Shown here in pieces: positions 25,306 to 38,214 of a stretch of 64,000 nucleotides of DNA. Source of the DNA: Oikopleura dioica (taxonomy: Eukaryota; Animalia; Chordata); NCBI GenBank assembly GCA_907165135.1, contig OU015569.1:6262001-6326000 (forward strand), in the 5' to 3' direction. Made by a program: the position numbers and the translations under genes. Each line of letters begins with the position of its first letter. The first letter of the stretch is position 1. Below the pieces are notes generated by a model. That model ran no database searches, was not told where the DNA came from, and saw nothing but the letters and a program-made list of their open reading frames with translations.

Positions 25306-25568
25306 AATAAATTAAAGCAATCGAAAAAATACTTTTGTCTGTTTCCTTTTTGCAATTGTTTACCATCAAGGATTTCAAGGATTGCTCGACCCGTCACGAA
25401 GAAGTCTTGAGCATTTTTTGCATGAGACTCCTTCTTGTCACCATCTCACATTATTACTTCACCAATGTCCGTTCGAACGGGAGATTGTTTGAGCTATTCA
25501 TGTGAATAAATTAAAGCAATCGAAAAAATACTTTTGTCTGTTTCCTTTTTGCAATTGTTTACCATCAA
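25306..25568 (+). repeat. 64-bp direct repeat B (25306-25369 and 25505-25568) flanking the copy of segment A
   Basis: AATAAATTAAAGCAATCG...TTTACCATCAA occurs twice, identical. Confidence 0.95.
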
Positions 25569-25704
25569 TACTGACAAAGCCCAAGCAACGGATGTCGCGA
25601 TGTCATTCATGGCGCCATCCAGTTTCCGATAAGATGATCGCCAAATTACAAGGAAATTACGAATGATAGAATCACGTTTATTCTTTCGAACTGAAGTTAA
25701 ATTT

Positions 25705-26700
25705 TCACTGGTAGAGCTTGTAGGGCGTTTCAATCGGCTGAGCAGCGCCGAAAACGAAAGTCCATGTGATACAGATGAATTCCATTCCACTTATGGAGAC
25801 AATTATCCCTCCTAAATTCAGATAACAAAGATAGATTGAACAACCTTCTTTACCGGCAATTATGGCTTGATACAAAGCATATTCTGTTATAAACTGCAAG
25901 CATCCCCAGTCATTGTTATTATAGTCGCCATTCATGAGTCCGCAGCTAGAATTGTATAAAACTAAGGATGCATTGGTTGATTTACTATTGAAATCTGTAT
26001 CCATCAGTGCAGCAACTGTCGGGATAAATAAGATCGTTGGTGATATTAACTGGTTGATGCTCGGCATAGTCGACGAACTAAAAGTCGACGTTATCAAAGA
26101 AACTGAGTATGTAACCCTTGCCTGTGGAGAGTTATCCTGCCAGTCTGAGATATCATTGATCCCACAGCAAAAATATCCCTCGTGTAGAATATCCCAGGAC
26201 TTTGCAACTGGTCCATCACCGTCCCAGTCTTGAAACATCTGCGTCAAAGTAGAATTTGTCGACTCAGGAACCCAATCCTTGCCCGTGCAGAGCATCGCTC
26301 CAAAAAGTATCTACGCTTTAAAATATTCCAATTCTTTTCCACGAAAATCTTACTTGGCATGTGATAGAACCTGCGAGAAGGAGGAAATAAATCAACTTGC
26401 AGCAAAAAGCTCCTGGAGTAGCGAGAACGTGAGGAAAGCAACACATGAATGCAGGAATGAACATCCCAACTGCTGTAACCATCATTATTCCAACTTATCA
26501 AAAGGAAATAACTAAATATCATGATTTTTTCGACTTAATTTAGCTTAGAATTAAAGGGCCTGCAAATCTTCCTCTTTTCCTGTGAGCCATCCAACAAAGA
26601 GACTACCTGGATTGAAATAATACTCGTACTGAACCCAGAGAGCCATCGCCCCGTATACAGCAGCGCAGAAGACATGAAACCAAGCGCACTTATCGCCCAT
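25705..26700 (-). CDS. Tetraspanin
   Basis: CCG motif (WDILHEGYFCCGINDISDW), further EC2 cysteines (WGCL), hydrophobic TM exons, short C-tail with YKLY. Confidence 0.75.
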
Positions 26701-27335
26701 TTTCTTCGAGTTTCTTTTTTACCTCTTTTCTAATAAATTGCCTTACGATTTATTCTTCAGCCACGGAGTTTTGCCAAAAGGCGTGAAAAATCAACATAAT
26801 TGCATGTGATAGAATAAGTCATTTTGCAGACGGTGACGTGAAAGCATCCCAGAGTTTGCCAGCACAAAAAAACAAGGAATGCGCTTTTCAAGCTTTTTTA
26901 GAAGACATTTTCAGCCAGCTTATTGGGCTCAGTTGAAATCCCAGAGATTCTCTGGTGATTGTTTCAACGAGACAATTGACAAATCGGTCTGCGGATTAAT
27001 TTAACATTTGTAGCAAGATCGTTAAAATGCCAATATGCACAATCATAAGTGGACAATCATAATTTACCAACCCTGGTTCTATCTTGAAGATCTTCGAGCT
27101 TGAAGATCAAGTTCGAGCGTCGATTTTCGCCCGGCTGTTGTCAAAGTTTCACCGTCAAATTGAGGAGCGTCCATCCGAGTGTCAATTAGCGCTGAGTACG
27201 TGAAACTGGTCGACTTAATTGTCAATTAAGCACAGAACTATATATCGCAATTTATGATGTACTCGAAGCCAGTAGTCGGAATTTCTTTTGAGAGGCGCCA
27301 GCGCGTTACTCATTTTATTGTCTTCACCGGAGCGC

Positions 27336-27343
27336 TATAAAAA
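27336..27343 (+). promoter_or_regulatory. TATA box upstream of PLAT-repeat gene
   Basis: TATAAAAA in GC-rich flanks ~280 nt upstream of the first coding exon. Confidence 0.4.
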
Positions 27344-27613
27344 ACGGGCTCCTTCCTAAAAACGGCGACCCTACATCAGAGTATAATCGTGGAGCTATTC
27401 GTATACTTCGAGAAAGACGATCCCCCGCGGCGGATCATCCTTCACCCAAATCGAATGTTTCGAATTCCATTCTACAGATACTGATAGAGATGATAGTCCC
27501 CTAAGGGCGGGGCGAAACTTCTGCAAGAAATAGACTGATCAAAGAGATTACTCGTTAATTCTTAAGAGAGCATCGAAAATGATTTTGTAAAGTAAAGAAG
27601 TGAATTGTTTAGT

Positions 27614-30600
27614 ATGACCGAGTACAGAGTGACAATTAAAACCGGGAGCGGTGGATATCTCAGCTTCGCGGGCACAGACGACAGGATCTTCTGGTAAGTG
27701 GGGATCTGTTACTGCAAAAACTTTACTGGATAAAACGTGGTGAATGAAATAGAGTAAGGGCTCACGGTAACTCATAAAAGACGAACGTGTGTTTAACCGG
27801 GAGAATAGCCGCCGTTTGGCTGCCGAGAATTCCTTTGTCCACCACAATGGCCAAATTTCACTAAGCTGAGTCAATACTGTCCATTTTAAATAACATAGTA
27901 GATACATTTCAACAGCTATTTTGTACACGAAAAAAGTTTCTTAAGCAATGTGGACAGTTCTCACTGATGGTATATTTCATTTACTTTTGCGTTTAATCAA
28001 TCGCAAAGTGTCTCTTCTAAAACGCTCTTTAGTCGCCTTACTGATATCCACGGCAACGTTACCCCGAAAATCTGGCTCAAGGATGACGACAAATCCTCCT
28101 TCGAAAAGGTCTGGGATTTCAAACAAGCTTTATGCATGGCGGCAGGACTTTTTAAAACTCGTAAAGACGAGTTGACAGGACAGCGCGCGAACTTTTTATT
28201 CATTGCCGTAAAAGCAACAAGAAATCCCACTAAAAGAATGCCGTCGATAATTTCCGATTCGTGTATGACAAGGCCGACTTTGGCGATCTTTTGAAGGTAT
28301 TTTCAAGAAAGACAATAATCAACGAGTCAATTTAAATATTAAAATTATCGGATTTTTGAAGAAATAGGAGCTTTGATTATTAATCATAATTATTAAGCAA
28401 AATTTTTACTCAATAATTACTTTTCACAGTAAAATTTTATTATTGATTTGGGGATAATTTTTGTGAGAAAAGTCCAGTCTTTATTTCTGACATTCATAGT
28501 AGTCGTAAATAACAATGCGTGCGTGCTAAGCACCGCGACAAAAATGTAACGACCGAACAGGCTATCAGTCTCTGCTTTTTTAATTAGATCTCTCAGATGT
28601 TTGTCGTCAGAAAATGACAAGCTTTTTGTTTTCAGGCAGACTAATAATCAAAAAGTTCGAATTTGATGAATATGAGTAACGCGGTTGTTTAGTGCCAAGT
28701 TTGGAAAGAAGGATCTGATGACTGGAGTCTGGCGACGATGGTTTTCACCAGAAAAAGTAATCCCGAAGCATCGTTCAGCTTCACGTTCAACGAAACTATC
28801 AAAAAGAAAATGGTCGAGCGATTCGTCGATGGAGCCACTACCAACACAGTGATCACCTACAAAGTCGAAGTGAAAACTCTTAATGCTCCTGGAGCCGGCA
28901 CTGATGGAGATGTCACTCTCAACATCATTGGCTCACTCGGTCAGACTCTTCCACGAAAGCTCGATAATTTAAGAAACAACTTCGAAGCTGGAAAAACAGA
29001 CAAATTCGAAATCAAAGCTTTGGACATCGGAAAGATCGAGAAGATTGTGTTGTCGTAAGTGTTTTCGAGCAGAAGTAAAAATTGAAATAATCTTAGTGTG
29101 TCAGACAAAGGTCTTTACCCAGACTGGACTTGCGAGAGTGTGACCATCCGATTCGGCAGCCCCGAAGAAACTTACACCTTCACCGTGAACGCTGTTATCA
29201 AAGCAGGAAAGAACTACGAAGTGACAAATCCTTCCTACGAAAAAGCAGCTGAACCTATTCCCGAGAAGCCAAAGAAACCTCTCCCAGTCTTGCATTTCTT
29301 CCGAGGAACAGTTGAAACCGCCAATAAGAGCATGGCGGGAACAGATGCCAATGTCACCATTTCTCTCGGAGACAAAAATGGAAAACTGATTGGTCCCATT
29401 AAATTGAAGGAAAGTGGGTCAGCTCTGGAAAAAGGAGCAAAAGACCCAATTGAGATCAGCCTTATCGAACCGTTTTCCGAGCTTACGACTCTCCATGTCC
29501 AACATGATGGCAAAGGGGTCGCCAGTGATTGGAATCTTGCACAGGTCACATTGACCGAATTTAGGAACCAGGCAAACAAATTAGAACTGCCACTAGTTTT
29601 TGTCAACTTTTTGTAATACGAAATATGACATTTTTTTCATCTGGTACAAGTGTTCAAGACAAGACAAAAGCTATTGGTGAGCCAAAAGTGTTCATCTTCA
29701 ACGAATGGATAAAGGCGAAGAAGACATACACTAGAACCGCTGCTTCCGCTACGACTCCTCCAGTTGAGCCAGAACCAGAAAAGCCCGTCGAACCAGAACC
29801 ATGCGCTCCCGAATATAAAACATTCTTGGTTGGAAAAGTGACAACTGCCGATAAATATTTCAGTGGAACAGATGCGGATGTGCAGATGTACGTGACAGAC
29901 TCTAACGGCGTCGTCGTTGGCCCTGTTGATTTGAAAGATTCGCAAAAGTCAAAGACCATGGAGCGCGGTTCCGTTGACATCGTGATGATTCAATCGACCG
30001 TTGCAATTGCTGATCTTTACAAAATTCAAGTCAGGCACAATGGTTCCGGACCATTCTCCAACTGGACACTCGAAAAAATTGAGCTTAAAAAAGTCGAGAG
30101 GCTGCCAACAAAGGTAATCGAGTTTCTATATTGATTTTTCATGGACGCTGGTCTGGTTTATGATAAAATATGTTCGGTGAGTCTTTGTTGATATCATTTT
30201 TTCAGGAAGAAATCCTGGAGAGCAAGTATCTCTCACAGGGAATGAAGACATTCAATTTCAACCGATCGCTCTCAGCTCAGCGATGGTACGACTCAGGAAA
30301 CGAAGCTGACGTTGTTACATACGAAGTTGAAGTTCAAACATCAAAAGGCGTCTTCAGCGGTACTTTCGACAAAGTCCAGTTCGACATCATCGGACAGAAA
30401 GGATCTACTCTTTACCAAACTTACGATAATATTGGTTCCGATCAGAACGCTGGTGGCAAAGACAAGTACACTAAAAAGTTTATTGATCTTGGCGCTCTCC
30501 AGAAGCTTAAAATCAAAAAGGTAGGATGAGATATGTTTACAATCGCTAAACTGAATAAGAGTGGCCATGATACATGGAAGTTGGATTCCGTCAAAATTAC

Positions 30601-31548
30601 CAACACGCGAAACTCCCATCAATGGCTCTTCGACAACAATGGCGAGGAAATCAACAAAAATGAGGTTGTTCTTCCTGCCGAGCAAATTAGATTCGGCAAG
30701 AATAAAATAGAGGGCGAAGTTTTCACTTCCGACTTTGCCAATGCAGGCACCGATGCCACTGTCACAATCAAGATCACGGACAAATCTGGAAAGCCATACG
30801 GGCCACTTGATCTCGTCGACAAAGAGTAAGAACAGTTCGCAACCCAAGAATCGCTACGCCCATTATTTAGCAAGAAAGCCTTCGAAAGAAACACAGTAAA
30901 CAAGATTAACTTGCTGACTCTGGACAAGGTTTCAAACATTCACAAAATTTCGATTTCCCACGATGGGAAAGGAACAGGACCGGATTGGCACCTCGGTCAC
31001 ATCGTGCTCACTCTTCCAGGGCAGAAACCGTACAAATTCGTCTTCGATGAGGTATTTTTCTTATAAAAGATGATTTTCCCGATTGATATTTTAAATAATA
31101 GTGGATCAAAGCTAATCAATGGTATGATGCCGTCCCTGAAGGTGTCGCCGATGGAAAGAGAACATATACTATCAACGTCACCACGCGTAAAGGTGGCGTG
31201 ACTTCAACCTACGGCACGGACAACGACGTCTTCATCAACATTGTCGGAAAGCTTGGCGACTCGAACATGTTCCAGCTGAAGCAAAAGGGCAAGAATCTAT
31301 TCGAAAAGGGAAAGACTGACACCTTCAAACGAACAATGGCGGATCTCGGTGACTTGCTCGGCGTCCAAGTCGAGAAGCGCGGCCTCATCAATGACCAGTG
31401 GCATTTGGACTCAATCGAAATCAACGACGAACGACGAGTTTACAGGTAGACTACTTTACACAGCTTCCTTACTTAAACTAACTTTCTCAGATCGCAGAAC
31501 GGCCCCTACGAAGTTAATAAAGAAATGGTTAAAGTCAAGCTCCAGTAA
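27614..31548 (+). CDS. Multi-PLAT/LH2 domain protein (7 repeats; LOXHD1-like)
   Basis: Seven repeats of Y.V.V.T...AGTD..V...G....L.....FE.G..D.F....DxG.L.KI.....W.L..I, starting at ~27614, 28850, 29290, 29820, 30310, 30700 and 31160; Pro/Glu linkers; ends VKLQ*. Confidence 0.85.
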
Positions 31549-31943
31549 AACCTCACAGCATAGTTCAGCATATTTTACCTGTCAAAACATCCTCGTAATG
31601 TCACTTCAACACAAATTCTAATATTTGATCACTCAATCTTAAAGCAGAAATTAAAGAATCACGTTCATGTATCAAATCACTGTTAATAATTATTTGATCG
31701 GCGCGAATAAAATATATCAAAATACCAATATTGTACTTCATGTCATGAAGTTCATGAACGAATATATTCCTTTACCGGTTAGATTCTACCTCGTGGGATA
31801 AAATGATGTTGTCCGGGCGGAGGGAATTTCAGATAGAGCACACCAAGCGCCTGCCTATCGGCCGGTAAAGTCATTTCTCACAATTGTCAACTCAGATTTG
31901 ATCTGCTTGTTTTACTGAAGAGTCAAAATTGAGAAAGTCAAGA

Positions 31944-33807
31944 ATGAATTTTTTCTTATTTTACTTTTTGAGTATCAAGTTGGTGGTCGGAGAGCTTCCT
32001 CCTGCCGCATGTTCTCCAGGTAAATTATATTTTATTGATTGATTCGAAAAATTTTCTATAAGATCTACCAACTTGCGTCGATGTTTGCCAGGAAGACAAA
32101 TGGATCAAAAAACGAGATGCTTGTGTTGAAAAAGGTTTATTTGTTAAAGGATAAAAATTATATAATTACAATTCAGCCACTCGATTTCACGAGATGTGCT
32201 ATGTTCACTCGTGTAACGTAACTGTTACTTTGGACAACTTCAAGGATGTGGCGATTAAGTTCTTTGCCGACATGGCGGGAGTCCAACTTGCAGAGAGTGA
32301 TGACGAGGACGATGAAGAAGGCTCGGCTATGGAATGTGCGAAGGACTGTGATGCTCATTTACAAAATACTCTTTGGAAATGTCCATGTTACCAGTCGGTC
32401 GGTTAAATTATCGGTGTTAAAGGTATCTAACCTTTAAAAAAAGGACGATGAAAAATTGGAAGAAGAAAATGTTTTTCAAACAATGAAAGATTCCATCTTA
32501 AACCTCACGACTGCGCTTGAAGAAATAAAGAAACAATACTCTGAGCTGAAGACCACTTTAACCGAAACGATTCAGGTATCTTTCTAGTAGTGAGACTTGC
32601 AATTAATAACACTCTTAGAAAAACGAACAGACCGTTAAACAGTATTATACTTCGCTTTCTGGGAAAATAGAGGTAAGTTTTTTATTGTCAAAATTTCCAA
32701 AAAATATATTTAGAAGGTCGAAGAGAAGGCTCACCGGTGTAAGGATTCTTATTTGGCTGCCGGCGGATTTACCTGAACGGGGGTTTGACCTGGCGTCGGA
32801 TTTACCTAAACGGGGGTTTGACCTGACAGGTAAATCCAACGCTCAGGTCAAATCCCCGTTCAGGTAAAAGCGCCGTTTTTCTTATGGAAAAATGTAACTC
32901 TTCAACTTGACTTTGATTTAATTAATTATTAAGAAAATTAATTATTTTAGGGTTGTTAGATAATCCATTTTTCTAGCGATGCTTAGGGGTCTTATGATAC
33001 AACTTTAGAAAGCTAAGAAGTTGAGCTTTCATTTTGGCACAATATCAAGGGGTGTCATGCAAGGCAATTTATGGGACCGGAAGTTCCGAAATGGACACAA
33101 GAACACGTCAATCGATTTATAAAATGCTGCTGACCTGCATCACAGTGGCCGCTTGAGTCGCTTGAAAGTCGAATTTTGTCCCGGAAATGGGATTTCGTGA
33201 ACAGAAACGGTATAAATCTTAGGAGTGACCAAACCGTCCGGTTGAAACAAAGATTCTTGCGTTTCTTTTCACAATTCTAGCGCCCCTTGGCACGAGATTG
33301 CAGGTCAACAGTATTTTACTAGCATTTTTTCAAGCCAACCGATGACTCAAATGAAGAGTTCTAGTACCCATTTCGGAATTTCCGGTCCCATGAATCGCCC
33401 TTCGGGCACGACCCAGACCCCTTGATACAGTGTTCAAATTATGCTCAGCTTCGTGGCTTTCTTAAATTGTATCATGAAACTAGAAATCCTAAACTAGAAA
33501 AATCGGCCAAAATTTCATTTTGAATAGATTTTGAATATAATTATTGTTATGAAAATCATTTTAAACAATGAATAAAACTTTTATCAAAACGGGGAATTTG
33601 CCTGGCGTCGGATTTGCCTAACGGGGTTTTGACCTGAGCGTCGGATTTACCTGCCAGGTCAAACCCCCGTTCAGGTCAATCCGACGCCAGGTCAAACCCC
33701 CGCTCAGGTAAATCCCCCGGCAGCCTTCTTATTTTAGTAATTCGTATTATGACTGCTGAGCAATTTTACTGTATTTCCTAGAAAAATAAAATCAAACAGT
33801 TTAGTTG
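31944..33807 (+). CDS. Putative Cys-rich/coiled-coil orphan protein (fragmentary model), last intron interrupted by a transposon
   Basis: Exon pieces MECAKDCDAHLQNTLWKCPCYQS and NLTTALEEIKKQYSELKTTLTETIQ with GT-AG boundaries; no named domain. Confidence 0.35.
32755..33725. mobile_element. Non-autonomous foldback/MULE-type DNA transposon (971 bp)
   Basis: TIRs GGCTGCCGG...CCGGCAGCC with 33-bp internal subrepeats; exact 9-bp TSD TTCTTATTT (32746-32754, 33726-33734); no ORF in the track. Confidence 0.88.
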
Positions 33808-33925
33808 AAATATGCCACAAAGTTTTTGAAATTCAATGAAAAGTCTCCAGAGTAAAATCATAAAACGCCGTTTTTTTCTGGCGTTACGCGGCAGAGCGCT
33901 TGGTGGGCGTCCGTTCTCGCCGCCG

Positions 33926-33954
33926 ATTGGACAGGCGCGCGCTCAGTGACGTGG
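33926..33954 (+). promoter_or_regulatory. CCAAT box (ATTGG) plus UPRE-like TGACGTGG upstream of SSR3
   Basis: ATTGG at 33926-33930 and TGACGTGG at 33947-33954 in a GC-rich island ~125 nt before the ATG. Confidence 0.5.
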
Positions 33955-34076
33955 TCGACGCGGTGGTGAACGAAATCGTTGAAGCCCTCAGTGACAACTA
34001 GCCAAATTCCAAATCTCTCTTCTTAATTTCTTCAACACCTTTTTTTAGAAAATTAAGGATCTTTGTTTTAGAGAAA

Positions 34077-35184
34077 ATGGCGCGTGGACACAAGAAGGCG
34101 ACTGGATTTTCGGAGCAAGAGCTCGAGCTTCTTAGAGTGAGTCGCATTTTTATTTCTAGGCTTTGGTTTTTAACGGGAACGAAGGGATTATCGATTCTTT
34201 TAGAATTTCTCGCCTAACACGTCAAGCAAAGGAATGGCTGTCTTCTGGATTCACGCGCTCTACGTCGTTCTCGTCCCAATTTGGATCCAAGCTAGAGTGC
34301 ACCAATATCCTGTAAGATGTTCAAAAAGGCTTTTTTTGCCTATCGAGCATTTGTTTAGGTTGGGGAGCAAATGATCTACCTCGTTTTGGGAACCCTTCTG
34401 CAAGCCTTTGCACTCCAATTTGCCTACAAAAATGTCAAGAATGTCCAAAAGGTTTTGATTCCCTTCGCTCTCTGATATTAAACAACTCGCTCAAGGAAAA
34501 AATCGCACTTCAACGAACAGAAGCTGTTTCCGCCGAAGTCACCGCCCAGGTCGGCACTAAGGTCGCCCGACAAGAGCTCGAAGACAGAATCCTCTGGCGA
34601 AAGGTAACGATACGCGCCTTCAATTTCGCCGCTCTCTTGCAATGATGGATTCAATTATGAATTTTGACACAAGCTTCCAAGACATGCGCTCCGACCGTTT
34701 TTTTTGGAGTCGGGGACGCTGCTATTGACTTTTTAGTTGATAAAGTGCGAAAATTAAAAATTTGTAAGGACCAGAGTTTTTTCGTGATGCGATATTTACT
34801 AGGCAGCTTCGTGAGAATTTAGAAATTTGCCCTAAAATCCATCATACAACCAAAAATACTCAGTCGCACGATTTTTGTCTTTGGAATTGTCTTGTGGTTT
34901 TATGAGAACGATCTCCACGGATCTGAGCAAATCGTGATTTACCAAATCTCTTCGTCCCTGACTTTAATTAACTATCGAAGATGGCGATAACGCTGAGTTT
35001 TTAGGGAGAAGTTGCTGAGAACGAGTCCATCCACTTCTCGATCTTGTACAACAACTGCATCTACCTTGGACTCTACCTTTTGTTTTCGGTGATCTTCTTC
35101 AAGAACTGGGCGCCCTTGACGAACTACACCTTCTCAATCATCGTCGCTGCCGGAGCCGTCGCCGGAATCTCCAGAACTAAGTAA
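34077..35184 (+). CDS. SSR3: Translocon-associated protein gamma (TRAP-gamma); absent from ORF track
   Basis: FSEQELELLR|NFSPNTSSK; FAYKNVK; KIALQRTEAVSAEV; EDRILWRK|GEVAENESIHFSILYNN; NYTFSIIVAAGAVA. Confidence 0.9.
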
Positions 35185-35327
35185 ACTGACCCTTTCTGCT
35201 GCACAGATAAAACTTAGAAAAATTTTCTAAATTATGATTCAACCACAACTGGGATCTCGCAATATACACATTTGTGTCTTACGTTCGACAATAAATTAAC
35301 AACAAGACATTCGAAAATAAAAACGCA

Positions 35328-36900
35328 TTATTTCTTGTTTTTGTATAAAATAAAGGCAGTCAGAGGGATGACGCAAACGACACCGATTACTGTCATTGAG
35401 CCTAAGTTTAACTTCGTGGTTTGATTTGCTTCTGGTTTCATTTCTGCGGCGGCAGGAGCTTTTGGGACGGATTGCCTTATTCTAGAGTTTTTGCGATGAC
35501 AGAGGATCATTTTTCAGGGAAGAAACGTTTTTGGATGAAGTATTTGTTTAAAATTTTATTGCTTTTCCTATTGATCCTTTGATTTAGGCTGTGGTAGTGG
35601 ACTTGCATTTTTAAGTTGGCAGCCTATTACAAGTTATCATTTCGTGGTATCAGCGAAAATCATTTAAAACCCTTTCCTTGGAGCCAAGACAGATTGAGGC
35701 CTTTTAGCTGATTTCAGATTAACATTTTTGAAAGCCCATTTCGAAATGGGCTCGGTGGATTTTTGAATTTGGGCATCTTTCCCTTCACATTCGAAGGTGA
35801 TTTCTTCCCAGAAGATATCATCTTTCTATGACCTCTCATTTCTCCCTCTTTCGTCTTCTCAGCTTCTTCTAGGAACCCTTCCAGTTTGGGTAACACCGGG
35901 TATCTGCCATCGATTCTCGCTTCTTCGATGATCTGGCTGGCTCTTGAATTGAAACGTTACCCTCACCCGAGCATATAAAATATTATTACTGATTAGCATA
36001 TTCGGCAGGAACTTCTTGAATATTGATTTTGAATCGTGCACCAAACATTCCCGCCTGTAACCGGTTCAAAGTAGTTCCAACTACGATGTCGTTGACAAGC
36101 GCTCTTCAAAAATTAAAAACAATAATTGCGCGTTATTGAATGATTAATTTATGGAACCGGGCTTTACATCGAATTCAATGACGATGACAGAAACCGAAAA
36201 GAAGTAATCAACTTGAACCGAGATAGATTTGTCTTTTCGCACGCTTCCTTGCGCTTAACCTGCACTATTTATTCATGCAATCATTTCGACTGAATAGTTT
36301 CTATCTGCCTGCCTTGGCGGCGATTTTTAATTGACAGATGGTTAGGCCCTATGAAGAACGCTGTCTACTGATGTTACGAGCAGACGAGTTCTTTTTTCTA
36401 TCCCGTTACTGGGGCTCTCTTGTTATCGCATAACCAAGGAGCTTTCACTTGTCCACACTCGTCGATCTTCACAGGATAGCAGTTTCCTTTTCTTTCTTTG
36501 TCTTCAATTAGCTTATCGAAAGTAAATCCTCTCCTAACAACAACTGTTTCATAACTAAAACTTTTGCCACATAATGCTCAAGATTGCGTTATAATTAATC
36601 AACCTGATGTTTTGAAAGATTTTTTAATTAATCATCAATTAAACACTGCTACTAGCTTGCTTTATGTTAGAGTCATTTGAGAGTAATAAGCCTTTTCTGA
36701 GCCATATTCGAATGTTTCCCAGTGGAGCCAAATGCGCACACTGCCTCCTCCTTCTCGACAGTTGTTGGACGGCTCGTTTGACTTGATCGTTACTTTGCAT
36801 TTATATGGCTTGGGAGATCGGTACTTCTGAGGAAATCCAGGCTTTCGTTGGGCTCAAATATAGACTTTTTTCAATATTGGACGTCTTTTAATCAGGAAAA
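35328..36900 (-). CDS. Putative type I membrane protein with Cys-containing (CUB-like?) ectodomain; fragmentary
   Basis: C-terminal TM plus basic tail (VIGVVCVIPLTAFILYKNKK); upstream exon PGFPQKY...YKCKVTI resembles a CUB start; model not fully reconstructed. Confidence 0.3.
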
Positions 36901-37484
36901 CTGGAATTCGCACCGACAAATTAGCAAGATGAAAGATTTCTCATTAGCGGCTTGATTAAATCGGGGAGTTAACTGCTATCTTTGGACACGCTAGCCGAAA
37001 AATGCGTCAGAAAAGTCAATAAATGTGTCCTGGTGTCCAGAATAAGTTATTCTGAATAAAGTTCTGATACAAAATAACCTTTGAGCCCTTAACGTAACGA
37101 TATAAGTTGGTGTCCCCTTTGGATAAAGAACTGGATCGCCACCACAAGCTGAAAAACTCTCTAATTACTTTATCTCTTTGTTTCCTGCATTACTTATCAT
37201 ATTCGTTTTTCCTCTGACTTTTTTTGCATTAGAAAAAATCGCTAACAGACAAACTAAAAAGACTATAGATTTCGTTTTCATCTTTATATTTTTTCAAGAA
37301 ATAAGGAAGATTATGTTGGAGAAGGCAGACCGAACGAGAAAGGTCTCGGTGGTTAGGTCCCCGCAGGGTTCAAAAATGGTCCAAATGTCACTTTTTACGT
37401 ATTCAGTCAATAAGTACGCTTATATAATATAAGCTATATTGGAAGAGAAAACGTAAAGACAAAAACAGTATTTGCTACAGCGAG

Positions 37485-37977
37485 TTAAACTGAGAACTCA
37501 TCATACTGGTGAAATAATGAATTGTATGAAGGCGGTTGATCTTCTAAGTAGAGTTCTGGTGCGTCGGAGGCGGTCGGAACAGAAGGCTCATTGTTAGTAA
37601 TTGATTCGTTTCGTCGATCTGAGCGAAGTAATTATTAATTAAATAAAAACTCATTGCATACCTCTTCTCACGACGTTCCCAGATTCTTGCTCTTTCCTCA
37701 TTTCCTTCCGAGCGTAATATAAAGCCAAGAGAATGATGAAGCAAATGTAAGCCGATATAACTCCGATACCAAGGATTCTTGTTGAAGTTTGTGTCGTCGT
37801 TTCTTCAATGCTGCGTGTTGTTTGAGCTTCTGTCGGTGTGATCGCAGTAGAAAGTTGGGACCGAAATCTTTCGTAATCAAACAATTCTTTCGCTTCTTGG
37901 TATTCTCCCCACGAGTGAAAAATTTCGCCATTCCAATAAACATTGCCCGTTGTCTTGTCAAAAGAAGTTACAAACAT
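37485..37977 (-). CDS. Single-pass membrane protein with cytoplasmic PPSY motif (copy 2)
   Basis: MFVTSF...Thr-rich stalk, TM ILGIGVISAYICFIILLALYYA, phase-1 intron, tail ...LEDQPPSYNSLFHQYDEFSV*. Confidence 0.65.
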
Positions 37978-38214
37978 TATCTTTTGTATTTTAGCTGATA
38001 TGAATTCAATCAAAATTTCGTATTTATGTGCAGAGTCTCTCGAGCACCACCTCGAGGAATCGTTTCGCCCGCAGCGCGTTCCGTACCACCTGGTTCGGAC
38101 TAACCAATGCGCTCTGTGTACTCGCTGATGATTATCATACAAAATAACTAGATGTAGGAAAATATGAATGGTAGTTTGTGTAGTTAAGAACACTGCAACT
38201 TTATTTTATGCTTA

